A DNA stretch of 64,000 nt, from positions 434,001-498,000 of the forward strand of contig OW569364.1 of assembly GCA_937625935.1 (NCBI GenBank), given 5' to 3'. Below, in pieces: positions 44,519 to 56,718 of the stretch. The stretch's first letter is position 1, and each line of letters starts with the position of its first letter. Origin of the DNA: Tetramitus jugosus (Eukaryota > Protista > Heterolobosea). The notes beneath the pieces are model-generated. The model did not search any database, had not been told where the DNA came from, and saw only the letters and a program-made list of their open reading frames with translations. The translations under genes and the position numbers were made by a program.

Positions 44519-45029
44519 AAGGCGTTGATGGTTGGTTTCACACCAATGTGAGTGTGAAACACATGAAAAGAGTTGCCCCATCACGGACTTGGAGGTATCC
44601 AATGGATACATTCCAAACTGCCAGGCAGCAGTGTCTGCCAATGACCACAGATTGTATGTGAATCGAATTGGGAAGATTTATTGTGCTTATTCTTTTTTAG
44701 GTAAAAATTCATCTCGATCACACACAAAAATAACAAGGAGTGTATTTTTGGTCGCAGTGTGGAAAGGTCTGTCTCTTCAAGTGAGATAGTATCGTTGGCC
44801 ACAATCAACCAAAAAGCCGGGATAGAGAATATCGATAAAGTATTACCAAAACATCAACACCGCTACTTTGGTTGATCTTTTTACACCAAATTAACCACGA
44901 AATATCAGAAAGTTTGAAGATTTGTTCACAAATATCAACAAGTTGGTATTTAATCTGGTCGTTAACTACTCATCCCCTTGAAGAGAGCACAAGTCGAAAA
45001 ACCAATTCACCATAGTTAGCTCATTCATC

Positions 45030-47552
45030 ATGCTCAACTATACACAGCAACAAATTCTGGATGCATTCTTGACAACCACCTTATTGGAAGACACGGATTA
45101 TCAGGAACTGCCAGCTGCCAGTGCAATCAAGGTTCTCCAATCTATTGAGAATGACAGTGACTTTAATGCCAACAAAGCGTCTCTCAACGCATGGAACGTG
45201 TTGGATACAGTGGCCCAGATTAGAAGAATTCTTCGACACGAGTGCCCCCAGAACGTCAATCAAACACACTTTGACACAAAGGTCGGTTATGTGTGCTACA
45301 AGGACTTTTATGGTAAGAGAACCGTGGAGAAGAAGGGTTTGTTGGGACTCACTGCCAAGAGTGACTCCACTGCAGAGCCAGTCACCAAGCGAGACGTTGT
45401 CAAATACATTACAGATGTCATTGAAAGAGAAATTTCCTACCAACAAAGGTTACTGAAACGAGAGAATCAAATCCTGGACCAAGTGGCTCACAGTCATCAC
45501 CAAACACCTCATCCAACATCAGATGACTCCCAACATCAACAACAACTGCATGTTGACCTTCCACAAGTTGACCACCAAAACAACTTTCATCATCATGTCG
45601 CGTCTCTGCCCTATCATTCGAACCAACAAGTCGTGGGTAACAGTCAACTATCTCACACGCTCCTCCATTCTTATTCGGAGCCCAATTTGGTCCAACTGAC
45701 ACATCACCATCCACACTATTCGGCGCCTCCTCACATTGCACAACTACCCGTTCAGCACATTACTAGTCATGATACTCACCATCATCATGAAGAATATTCA
45801 AACTATTCGAATCAACATCTCCACCAACAACATGCGCCTTCGCATCATTCCACTCCTGTATCAACACCAACATCAACACACTCTCTTCCACCGATTCCAA
45901 TCATGCTTCATCAAACGAGTGCTGCTTCCTCCGCTGCCGTAAGTGTTTCTTCTGTGCCTTCGACTCCTTTGTCCATGCTGTCTCAGTCCGTTCCATTTGC
46001 TGCACATGACAAACAGAGCATCATGGCAACGAGTGGGTCATCAGAACAACACTCGAGTCAAGCTACACCACCATCAGAAGACGAAGTTATGCAGAGCATA
46101 TGGATCTCATTAGAAGGCATGAATCACTTTGGGTATCAAAGTGGAGAATTGTGTCGATATTATGAGGAGCAAATTGAAGGAATTATTGCTGCTTCCTCTC
46201 CGCTCAATCTTGACGCCTGTCTCACCTATATCGAGAAGAGAACGGACAGTGAGTTGTCTGATATTGACAAGATGTTTCATCGATTCCTTGTCTGCTACTT
46301 GCAATTCTATTGTTTGGAGGACAATGACGCACAGCCGTTTGCAGAATTATTGGAACAACTCAAGACGATGACGTCCGACACGCATCACACCAACTGCATT
46401 GGTAACTTAACTATTCTGTGCACGTACCTTCGAGGCATTTGCTTTGAGCAGCAACAATTGTACAATAGTTCCATACCACATTACAAGAGAGTGATTCGAA
46501 TGGATCCCATGTTCTCCAAGGCCTATCTCCACAGAGGACGTTGTTTCTATCTGCTAAAAATGTATGAGAAGGCAAGAGAGGACTTTAACAATGCGATCCT
46601 AGCTGATTCAACACTTTCAGAAGCGTACAGCTATCGGGGACTGTGCTACTTTAGTAGTGAGAAGTACGATAAGGCGATTGATGATTATCAAAAGGCGATC
46701 GAGCTCGATGGTCAGGACTATCGACCCTATGCATACAGAGGAGAGTGCTTGTGTGCAATGAAAAAGTATCGGAGAGCCATTCCAGACTACGATAAGGCAA
46801 TTTCATTCAACAATCGAGACTCGTACATTTTCCACGGTCGAGGGATGTGTTACAAGCATTTAGAGAAGTACGACTCGGCAATCGACGATTTCACAAAGGC
46901 AATTGAACTGGAGCCTGAGAAGAAAGAGGTTTACTTTGCTCGCGCTACTTGCTACTTGGCATCAAACCAGTATGAGCGTGCTACTGTTGATTTTACTGTT
47001 ACGATTCAGTATGATTCCAGAGATTCAATGGCATACTTTTATAGAGGCATGTGCTTCTACCGTACTTCTATGATAGATCTGGCAATGAATGACTTCAAGG
47101 TCGCAACCCAGTTGGATCATGACAACGCAAGAGCGTTCAACTATCTGGGTTGTTGCTTGTCTATCAAGAAGAAGTATGATGAAGCAATAATGCATTTTGA
47201 GAGAGCGGTAGATTTGGATCCTGGTCTCGCTCTGGCTTACTTCAACGCAGCCAGATGTTACTACTTTATCGGCGACTTGAAGAAGGCTATTAGAAGATAC
47301 AACATGGCGATTGAACTAGATCCAGATCACGCAAACTCGTACATGGGTAGAGCTCAGGTGTACGATAAAATGAACAAGGGCCACAAAGCATTGCGAGATG
47401 TTAAGATTGCTCTGTCGAAAGATCCGCACAATGTAGTGTTCCTCAAATATTATTCCTCTTACATGGCAAAGTTTGACCAGAAGGGTTGGCTGAAGAAGGC
47501 GGTGAGCTCGGTAAAGTCAAAATTGCACCACCATGAAATAAATAATGTATAA
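45030..47552 (+). CDS. TPR-repeat protein with His/Gln-rich disordered region
   Basis: About 10 canonical 34-aa TPRs (AYSYRGLCYFSSEKYDKAIDDYQKAIELD). Confidence 0.9.
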   Translation: MLNYTQQQILDAFLTTTLLEDTDYQELPAASAIKVLQSIENDSDFNANKASLNAWNVLDTVAQIRRILRHECPQNVNQTHFDTKVGYVCYKDFYGKRTVEKKGLLGLTAKSDSTAEPVTKRDVVKYITDVIEREISYQQRLLKRENQILDQVAHSHHQTPHPTSDDSQHQQQLHVDLPQVDHQNNFHHHVASLPYHSNQQVVGNSQLSHTLLHSYSEPNLVQLTHHHPHYSAPPHIAQLPVQHITSHDTHHHHEEYSNYSNQHLHQQHAPSHHSTPVSTPTSTHSLPPIPIMLHQTSAASSAAVSVSSVPSTPLSMLSQSVPFAAHDKQSIMATSGSSEQHSSQATPPSEDEVMQSIWISLEGMNHFGYQSGELCRYYEEQIEGIIAASSPLNLDACLTYIEKRTDSELSDIDKMFHRFLVCYLQFYCLEDNDAQPFAELLEQLKTMTSDTHHTNCIGNLTILCTYLRGICFEQQQLYNSSIPHYKRVIRMDPMFSKAYLHRGRCFYLLKMYEKAREDFNNAILADSTLSEAYSYRGLCYFSSEKYDKAIDDYQKAIELDGQDYRPYAYRGECLCAMKKYRRAIPDYDKAISFNNRDSYIFHGRGMCYKHLEKYDSAIDDFTKAIELEPEKKEVYFARATCYLASNQYERATVDFTVTIQYDSRDSMAYFYRGMCFYRTSMIDLAMNDFKVATQLDHDNARAFNYLGCCLSIKKKYDEAIMHFERAVDLDPGLALAYFNAARCYYFIGDLKKAIRRYNMAIELDPDHANSYMGRAQVYDKMNKGHKALRDVKIALSKDPHNVVFLKYYSSYMAKFDQKGWLKKAVSSVKSKLHHHEINNV

Positions 47553-47586
47553 TACTGTATCATACGCTCATTCGAAGTGTTTTTAC

Positions 47587-50500
47587 TCACACATATGTTG
47601 TGTGTCGATTGAAGTAGGTAAAGTTTTGCTTCATGTTCTGTAGGAGTCTTAGGTGAGCCGGAAGATTCGTCTCTCGGAAGGGTCGGGTTGAACTAATGGT
47701 CAACCAACTCAGATCATGATACTGCTTGCACAATTTTTGTAAAAAATCGGTAAATGGTGTTGTATGTGCACCATGTATCGGAAAGTTGCATGCAAGTTGC
47801 CTAAAGTCAAATAATCGCACTTCTAAAGTTCGATAGTCCTGCTCACTAAAGTTAGTAAGAACACTTGTTTGCATGACCTGTCTTTCTTTCAAAAGGTAGG
47901 GATTGTTGTTCAGAGATGAGACCACATAACCCTTTGCCTTTGGTTTCAGTTTGGTTGCATCGTCAACTTGTTGTGTTTCTTTGTCTCCATCGATCACAAT
48001 GAAAGAATTACTATAGTCAGGATTGCTCTTGATATCTTGCAGTTGTGATTCAATCATATTGTCAATCAATACTTGTAAATTAGAGTTGTTAACGGATACT
48101 ATTGACATGCTGCCCAGTATAGCAAGGTCGTTTGTGCTTGTGTGATCGCAAATACTCTTCCACAGCCCTAGTTCAATCGACCTAAAGGAGTCACTACCAC
48201 CTCTCATGTCATCATAGCGACAAATTACGTAGTTCCAGTAAGATTGACCTCCCTCCATTTTTTGCTCTAGATTATGCAGGCTGGTCATATACATGAGAGA
48301 TCTTTGATGTATGTCTCTGAAAATGGTATTGAAAGCATCTTCTGTTGCCTTCTCAATCTTCGCTGTCTCTACGCTGCCCTGGTAGACAAATATGTCTGAC
48401 TCCATCAGGTGTCCAGTGCAATCTGACCATGAGGCACATATGGACAGATACAAATCCGACTCATGGGGGGAGGAATGGTTGATACTAACTATGTGATCAA
48501 GAGTTGTATATGCGCAGTGAAGGAAGGTATGTTGATGTCGCTCTATTCCCTTATCGGGTAGGCATCCCGATGATAAGCAGGGAGGAGGAGGAGACAATAC
48601 AACGAGAGGCTCGTACAACATTAATGAATAGTCGCTTCCTTTTCTGGCGATGGGCCATCTTCGTGCTCGACGTAATCTATCATACGTACTCTGTGCAATC
48701 TTTTTAAACAAAGAGAGCGGACGAATTTCATAGGCACTAATCACTTCCTCCATATCCAAAAATTGGAACGTGATATTACATCTTACCAGTTGATTCATGT
48801 CAGATTTTGCAATGGCTTGAGACACCACTTGCAGAAGGTCACAAAAGAGCCTTGATGAAGTGAAGGCAACTGCTTTTGAACTAGAGAATGTACTAATGAG
48901 CGAGTGAATCATCGAGAATGGATTAATGATATACACCACAATAAACTCATCTCGTGGCAGTGTGTCGGCAATTGAAGCCATGGCGTTAAACGTGTGAACA
49001 AGTGTTTCAGTAAACTTGGATGTGAAGTGATTCATGAACATATTCGTATTGTCTTCTCGTACTGTAGAAAAAAACGGTCAATAACTATTCAAAGCAAAAC
49101 TGAAATACAAGGAGTTACTTACGTAATGAATCATCCAATTGATAAGTTGCTATTCCACAGTTAAGAGAATTACTCGAAATAGGGATATGAGACCCTAGCT
49201 TACAACTATCATAAGTTGCAGTTAAATTGTGAAAAAAGTCATTCAATAAATCGAATGTTGAACCAAATTGATCGTCCACACTCACTACACAGTAGTGCAC
49301 CACCTTACTTTGAGAGTAGGGCTCTAACAGTGCTTTCTCCCAAAATTGGACAATTTCAGGTGAAGCATCAAGCCATTGTTCTGTGTATCCGACTCGAATA
49401 TTTGGTATGTTGAGATCAAATATATCTTTTTGTGACACGAGATCTGGATTGAGAGGACCATTAATATGAGTGTGCAAATTATCGCTGGATTGATGCAAAT
49501 CAAATAATACTGAAGTGATGTCCTGTGCAGATGTACTAATACCATCATCACTTAAAAATGAATGATTAGACCTCGAGGCAGTCTGGATGAGATCACTTGT
49601 CGTCTGCTCCATTGTTAAAGATCTTAATTTGTTGTTCGAGGTATCTATCCAAACAGAGTCGGCAATGAATTTTGAGAGTGGAACATCAATCATATGAGTG
49701 GAGTCCAAAACAGTAGTCCTAAACATATCAATCAGGTTCGATATGCCTGATTCATGACCATACATATTCAACTCTTCATACAGTGCAATTGCGGCAGCAG
49801 TGTTCATGTAAGGGAATAGTGCTGTAGCCACCTTATTATTTTGAATCATCGGCTCATCATCTGCGCTACTTTCACTGTCGCTATCTGAATCGCTATCCGA
49901 GCTGGAATCAGAGTCATAGTGCTCTTGTTTCAATCGTTTGTAATTTCTCTCATAGTCTCCGAATCTTGCTGTTCGCTTTTTGCAAATCTTTTGTATTTGC
50001 TTCCGCATGTTATATATATATGAAGTTATCAGTGATTGTTCTTGACTAGGATCATACTTTTCTCGTTGAATTCTTTGCGGCAGAAAACTTGTATCTCGAG
50101 GTGCTATTACATCAACCTCGCTTTCCACCTGATACTCCTTACAGGCAAAATACGGAAGTATCTTAGATTTTTCCTTCTCATGTTCGATCGACAAAAGATC
50201 TTCTCTTGTTGTTTTCTGGACGAAATACGTTGATGATTGATCCATCGGTTCGTCTTCCTCAAATGGTTCATACACTACATTGTTTACGTCGATTGAGAAC
50301 TGAGTCAGTTGGCCGAGTGCTCTGATACGACGAGAGAGTCGTTGACGCTTCAAACTTTGCACTCCAGTTTCAAGTTGTTGAATGTCATCCACACTGATAG
50401 TTGTTGGTGGAATAGACATAGCCATCAGCTCGGCTCGACTAAGTGTCTTTGTTTCTTCTGTCTTTGATATCTGCTGTTCAGGAGATTGGGCTTTTGCTAC

Positions 50501-52555
50501 GTTTTGTTCCACTGAAGTCTGTGGAATATCTCGAAGGTCTAGTTCTTGATCGCTGTCTGCATCAAATTCATGGAGCAGGTTCTCTAACTCCATGTCACCC
50601 ATTGTTAATGTCTCCATTCCCGAATCACTCAGCTCGTCCTCTGCTTCTGACTCAAACTTCTTATTATTCACTCCTGCATCTGATTTTTGTACATGTGGTT
50701 CATTATCTGTCGATTGGGTGTCTTGACTAGGAAGGATGACTTCCTTTTTTAATTCACTAGAGGTACTCTCTTCAGACACAGTATTTGCATCATTGTTAAC
50801 AACTGTTGGATAATCCTGTAGGAAACGCGCAGGAATATGGTACATCATTTCTACAGTTTTCCCTTTCAGTATGGATTCTATTGGTTGAACATATTCTTCA
50901 TCGTTCAGCATGACTGTACTGTGAGGGACATATGACACTTCAGAATAGTTATCAACATCAAGTTGTTCGTGCTCAGGTTCATAAGTGATTAAAGTGTCTG
51001 TTGGATTGGAGTATAAAATAGGAGTTTGTTGTGGTGGAAGTGGATGAAGTTCCAAGTTGGAAGGAGTACCATTCAATGCAGGAGTAATAGGGAAGGGAGT
51101 CATAGGAGGAGGTGACATTAGTTCAGCAAAGCTCTGATCTGCTGTGAGTTCATCATAGCCCAATACAGACCCAGGTTTTGAGATATCATCATGGTATGGT
51201 TGAGGGAGTTGGTCACGTGTTTCACGTATCAATCGATCCAATGAATCGTTGACAGTTTCCATTGATGGAATCTACAGAGAGGAATATAAGTACATATGAT
51301 CGTTGAAGAAAGAGCAAATAGGCCTATCAAATAAAACGAACAACCATAAAACATAAATCTTACCTCGAACAAATGCTCCACAGGCACTAAAAACGCATCA
51401 GAATATGCACCAACCACAACAGATGCAGCATGATTGCTTATTGAGTCATCGCTATTTGCATCATTCCAGCTAATCCTGCCTGGTAGCCCACTAAGCGGTG
51501 TATACACTAATAAATTGCGCTTTGATTGTTGATCCATGCTCGACCATTTTTCGCGTAATGGCTTCAATTTTCTCTTCTCTACAAAAACATGGAAGCGAAT
51601 ACTGGATTCATTATGCACAAAGAACGTAAGACGAAAACCGGTCACACTCAGAAACTGATTCCTACTACTCATTGCTTCACTATCATCACTATTGTCATCA
51701 GTAGAGTAACTATGACCATTCATCATCACATGATTACTATTTTCGTTATTGTTATTATTATTATGATTGTGGTTATTGTTTTCGTGTAGTTGTTGCCGAT
51801 TGAAAATAAAGTCTCCAATGTTGCAAAACTGAGGATGACTCCGCAACGAGTATGGATAATTGGAAACACCGGCACTACTGTCCTCATTCCCTCTGCCATT
51901 CTCCCATTTTTGTTCTTGTTGCAATAATAAATAGTGGAAATAATTTTTGAGAGAGGCCATGAGAGTGGTGTGAACAGTGGGTGATAAGTCTGATGAGAGA
52001 TCTATGCTCTTTTGTTCCACTGTCTCGATATTGTTGATGAATGCTGAATGGTGAGTGATGATGATGAGATGATGAGATGATGGTCGCACATATACATGAT
52101 CATTTCATGAGATGAGAGAATAGATGATGATGAATGATAACAGCAAATTTGTAGGAGAGAATATTGACTTAGTACATGAAATCTCAGCATCATCATGAAG
52201 AATCTTAAGATATTAGCTAATAGAGGCACATACATTTTTCATTCTGATTTTCTTGTTGTTGTTGTTGAGATTTGATGAGTTGATTGATCTGATCCATGAG
52301 CAACGATGGTGATGGTGATCGTTGAAACATGAAAAACAGGTGTAATTTCTGGTCAGGTAGTGATAGAGTACATGGAACGGATTGTGAGTAGCATAGTTGT
52401 GAAATTTGATGCAAAAGCTTCACATAGTGCATATTGGCTGATGATGAAGATGCTGGTGTTGATGTGTTGTCATCATTGATTGATCGTGACGTTATTGTGT
52501 AGTAGGAAAACGACCGATGGTGATCAGAAACTTCAAATGTATTGGTAAAGAGCAT
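47587..52555 (-). CDS. MED13: Mediator kinase-module subunit MED13-like, multi-exon (introns 49062-49122, 51272-51363, and one starting at 52233)
   Basis: IPNIRVGYTEQWLDASPEIVQFWEKALLEPYS...FFHNLTATYDSCKLGSHIP, LYEPLVVL, LHCAY, WSDCTGHLME and YHDLSWL...LPAH match conserved MED13 blocks. 5' exon structure less certain. Confidence 0.85.
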
Positions 52556-52647
52556 TTTTGCATTCGTTTTTGACTTGTTGGTTTTGAGAAAAATTCCGAC
52601 GGCCAAAAACCTTTTGCAGAATGCTTGATTGACGCTTTATGTATGTG

Positions 52648-53862
52648 TTATGAACAGCTCAATGCCTCACCAGTGACCTTGCGATAGATCATACAGGAAG
52701 CCCATTCAGCATAGCGAACTTGAGCACCCCAGTAATCTGATCCTCTTCTTGCAAGAATAGAAACAGCATAGCTCACACCCTTGGCAGAAGTAACAATACC
52801 AATATCGTTCAGAGTATTGTAATAACTGTCAGAGGAGGTGGAACCTGGTGGCAACCAACCAGCCTTGTGACTCACTCCAGCTGCAGCAGGAAGTTTAGCT
52901 GCTAGCCATCCACCAACACCGCTTCTTGGAGCCCATGTCATCCATTGCTTCAGTTGTGCAGAATATGGAATCTGATCCAAGGCCAACTTTTCCAAGAAAC
53001 TAACACAATCATTGGCAGTGAAATAGTTGTCGGATCCCATGGCACGAGGGCAGTTGGTAGCAATTCTATTGGCTCCCCATCGGCAGAAACCAGATGAACC
53101 CATTCCGACTGATTGATAGTAATCATTGACAGCGTTTGGATTAATCAGGTCAATGACTGATCCAGTGGCATCATTGTCAGAGTTCTTGAAAACAGGACCA
53201 GCAAAAGGTTGGACTGGAGCGACGCCTCTGCCCTTCAATGCAGCACCGACCCACATGGCCTTTGCAGAAGAAGCAGAAACGTGTGTCTCATCTCCTCTAT
53301 ATGATGCCAAATTTCCACTAAACTGTCCATTGTTCAACACCTTGACAGTGATGGAAACATCGGTACGAGGGGATCGACTGGCAACAGCTTGACCAATACG
53401 AGTAATCGTGTCTTGGAGAGATCCTTGCAAAATTTGATTGTCACTGGCTCCACCACCACAGGCCCAAACACTATTTCCGTTCACGTTGGCAACCCAAACT
53501 TGACCACCACCTTCTCTCTTCAAGTAAAACCATTCGTAGGTACCACCGAGACAACTCTGTGTCGTACGTTGCAACAATTCACCTTGAAAACCGGAAGACA
53601 GGAATGCAATTTCACCACATGGAGACCACTAGTGGTAGTGAGAGAGATGACCATGAATAAATATGCTGGTGTCAGACCACCTTTCAAATCTCTGAGAGGG
53701 TACAAAAAGTTTCCTTCTAAAAAAAAAGATGGTGGGTGGCGTACATACTCTTGCGTTGATTCCTGCTGCGACACAGTACTGGTCTGCAACTGTTGTTGCA
53801 ATAAGTTGTGATAATGTTACAGTGAACAATGTCACACACAATATGACTTGGCTGAGATTCAT
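52648..53862 (-). CDS. Secreted SH3b-like + serine beta-lactamase/PBP-fold protein; intron 53629-53748
   Basis: Signal peptide; SASSAK (SxxK), SDN, HKAG motifs. Phase-0 GTATGT...CTAG intron joins exon 1 to the 309 aa frame. Confidence 0.85.
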
Positions 53863-54526
53863 ACTTTATTTTTATTTCAGATGTTCTCCAACTGACAGCT
53901 CGCTAGAACCGCAGAAACAAAACATGCGGCGGAGTTATTGCTCGTAACCTTACAAAAGATGACCGCGTCAACATCAGTATCGAGGTCCAAGCCCGCAATT
54001 GCACGCGATACTTCACAAGCGATTATCCCATGGACATGTAGTTGTCGAAGGAATAGTTTCTACTACCCGGTAGAAAATTACCAAACAACCGGCTTGTGTT
54101 TTCGGTGTAGTCACATTCACTCACTCCCTCCTTCTATTGCGTGGTACCACGGTTTCTCTTCAAAGGAAATCCGTGCAACTGGTCCTCATTTGAAAAGAAA
54201 GAGTTTGTTCCGTTGTTGCTGGCATCTTCAGGTTACTGTACACAGGCAGTAGGCTCGAAAGCAAGAGACAAGAAATGACAGTAAGGATACCAGAACCCTT
54301 TTTGAGTGAACAATCAATCTTTTTGTCTCATAAAGCACATCATTTTATAGAATTTAAACTAGTGGTAAGTTGGCAGGAACGTTGATTTCCATAAAAATAT
54401 CGAGTGTATCTCTTCCGCAGGATTGAGGTTTCCGCTGATGGATGGAGAACCTCCTGTTTCGAGGTTCCGATTCTGTGGTCCTGAAGAACCTTATTTACAA
54501 TATTTACAAAGATCAAAGGGAGGAGA

Positions 54527-55222
54527 TTATCTGTCAAATGCTGAAGCTTTCGTCACACATTGGCAACTGAGAACCGCTTTTTTGGTCAAGATGTTATTTC
54601 CCTTTTGTACAACCTCTGTCTTGATCAGTTGACCTACACACAACTTGGTATCATCTGGACAATTCTTCTCACAATTAACAGATATAGCACCAGTAGTAGA
54701 TTTGGTGATTACTAAGTGGCAATTGGTTGGTTCAGGATCAGTCTTATCACATGTGCACCATTGACGCGTAATTTGTCTTATGGTTTGTTCCTGGACAACA
54801 CAGTCTGCCAGTGCATTTCCTCGTGGACACAACTGTTTTGGACATGAAATTGTTGCTTCTTGAATCGCTCCATTCTCCCTATACTTCACAAAAGCCTCCC
54901 CTCTCAATGCACAGTTTTGATTTTCTCCTGGTCCAGTAACAACACTTTCTTCAGCAAGCAGAACCAGTGTATCTCCGCTGAGACATTGATATATTGCTGG
55001 TGAATAACATGCTTGTCCACAGGAGAGGAGACCCAAAGGACAGAGTCTGGTTCCATTGTTACATTGATGGGTGGCCTTGTTGAAACAAGTAGGACGACCT
55101 CCATTGTTGTTCAAGTCATTGCAGCAGCCGTCATTAGGCCCACAGTTTGTGCAAGGACCCACACATGTGCATGAAAACACATAGAAAACTAGAATGAGAA
55201 CTAGTACGAGGATTGATTTCAT
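54527..55222 (-). CDS. Secreted Cys-rich protein with putative glucan-binding (CBM52-like) repeat
   Basis: Signal peptide; CFNKATHQC...LCP...CGQACYSPAIYQC. Confidence 0.65.
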   Translation of the reverse strand: MKSILVLVLILVFYVFSCTCVGPCTNCGPNDGCCNDLNNNGGRPTCFNKATHQCNNGTRLCPLGLLSCGQACYSPAIYQCLSGDTLVLLAEESVVTGPGENQNCALRGEAFVKYRENGAIQEATISCPKQLCPRGNALADCVVQEQTIRQITRQWCTCDKTDPEPTNCHLVITKSTTGAISVNCEKNCPDDTKLCVGQLIKTEVVQKGNNILTKKAVLSCQCVTKASAFDR

Positions 55223-55591
55223 CTTATTGATTTGTTGTATGTTACTTTCTTGTTGTATTATTGATTGTATCTGATCAGCTTTTAAATCTCTCGAGACATC
55301 AAAAAGTAGATCTTCTCGAGCGACTTGGGGTCGAGTTTTTAACTCGTTTAGGTATTGGTTGAGGCATCAACTTCAAAATCTTCAAAATTGGACTGAATCC
55401 TATGCTTGAGCTCAAGTTATCAAGGATACCTTGGTATCAAGAGAAACAATTTACAGATCTGCCATCATGAATCACAAATAACCAGCAAAGGTATTAACAG
55501 GGATATCTGTTGCAATATTCTCTCACCATCAAGCGATGGTTTTTGTTCTTTCACATCATACCAAATCTTATCCGTGTTCTTAACAACATGT

Positions 55592-56050
55592 TCATGATAC
55601 TACTACTGGAATTTGATCAGTCGGACCTAAGTCTTCTACAAACAGCTTCAGACACATCTTTTCAAAGGAAGGATTGATCTCTGTTGCTGTGTTCAAGTTC
55701 TTGAACTCTTTCAGCTCAAAGTATGCGCATCCTCTGTCAAAGTAGCCATCTTCAAAAGAAGGATCGATTTCAATTGCTTTTGTGAAATCTGTTTTTGCTT
55801 TCTCATATTCTTTCAGATCATGGTATGCGCGACCTCTATTGTAGTAGGCATATTCATCAGCAGGACTGATTTCTAGTTCTTTTGTGAAATCCGCTATCGC
55901 TTTCTTGAAGTCTTCCAAATCAAAGAATGTACAACTTGGGCTTGGGGGTGTCAGTAGGCACTAGCATGAGCAGGATTGATCTCTATGGCTTTGCTGAAGA
56001 CAAAGATTACTTTTTTGTACTGTTCCATCTTGTGGTATGTGTGACCTATG
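55592..56050 (-). pseudogene. Decayed TPR gene
   Basis: Intact TPRs in 55592-55918, preceded by disrupted TPR-like remnants. No ATG. Confidence 0.6.
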
Positions 56051-56718
56051 CGAAATCTCTATGTCAATAGTTGATGACATGGAATGACTTGAGGCAAAAA
56101 TGCAAAATCATCCCAAATATGACTAATTATCATTCATTTGTAACAAGATCGAACTCACAATTAGTTGAATGTTGTGCGAACTTATCAAATCAGATACTCA
56201 AATAAATAAGGGATAACAGAAAAACAAATAGAACCAAGACTTACCACAAGCCAAGCTTCTCGACTTGAAAAAGTGCTTCGACCATCTATTTCATCATCAG
56301 TGAGCTGCTCTGTTTTACAAGCATGTAGTTGATGAGTATCTCTATCTACATCGTTTTGTGTCTTCGTACAGGACAGCCAATACAGATGTCGATGGATCAA
56401 AGAGGGTCAAGAAGTGTGTCAGACAAACGAAACACATCAATCCAGCTCAACATCAACTCCACAAGCAATAGGTCCCATACCCTTTAGCATGAGCTTCCAA
56501 ACTCCGGTTATTCAGAAAGGGGAAGTGGTGTTTGCTGTCACAGCAACAACATGGTTTGCGAGATGAAGATGATTGGTGATCAATGAACCAACAGGCAACT
56601 TCCAGCTCAAAGAACAACAACTGAGTTGTCAAGATTTTAGAGTGCTCCTGGTGCTGCAATCAGACCATAGTCAGCTTCTGCAAGGCCACATCCGAGAGTC
56701 TCTTGCAGACATTTTGTG

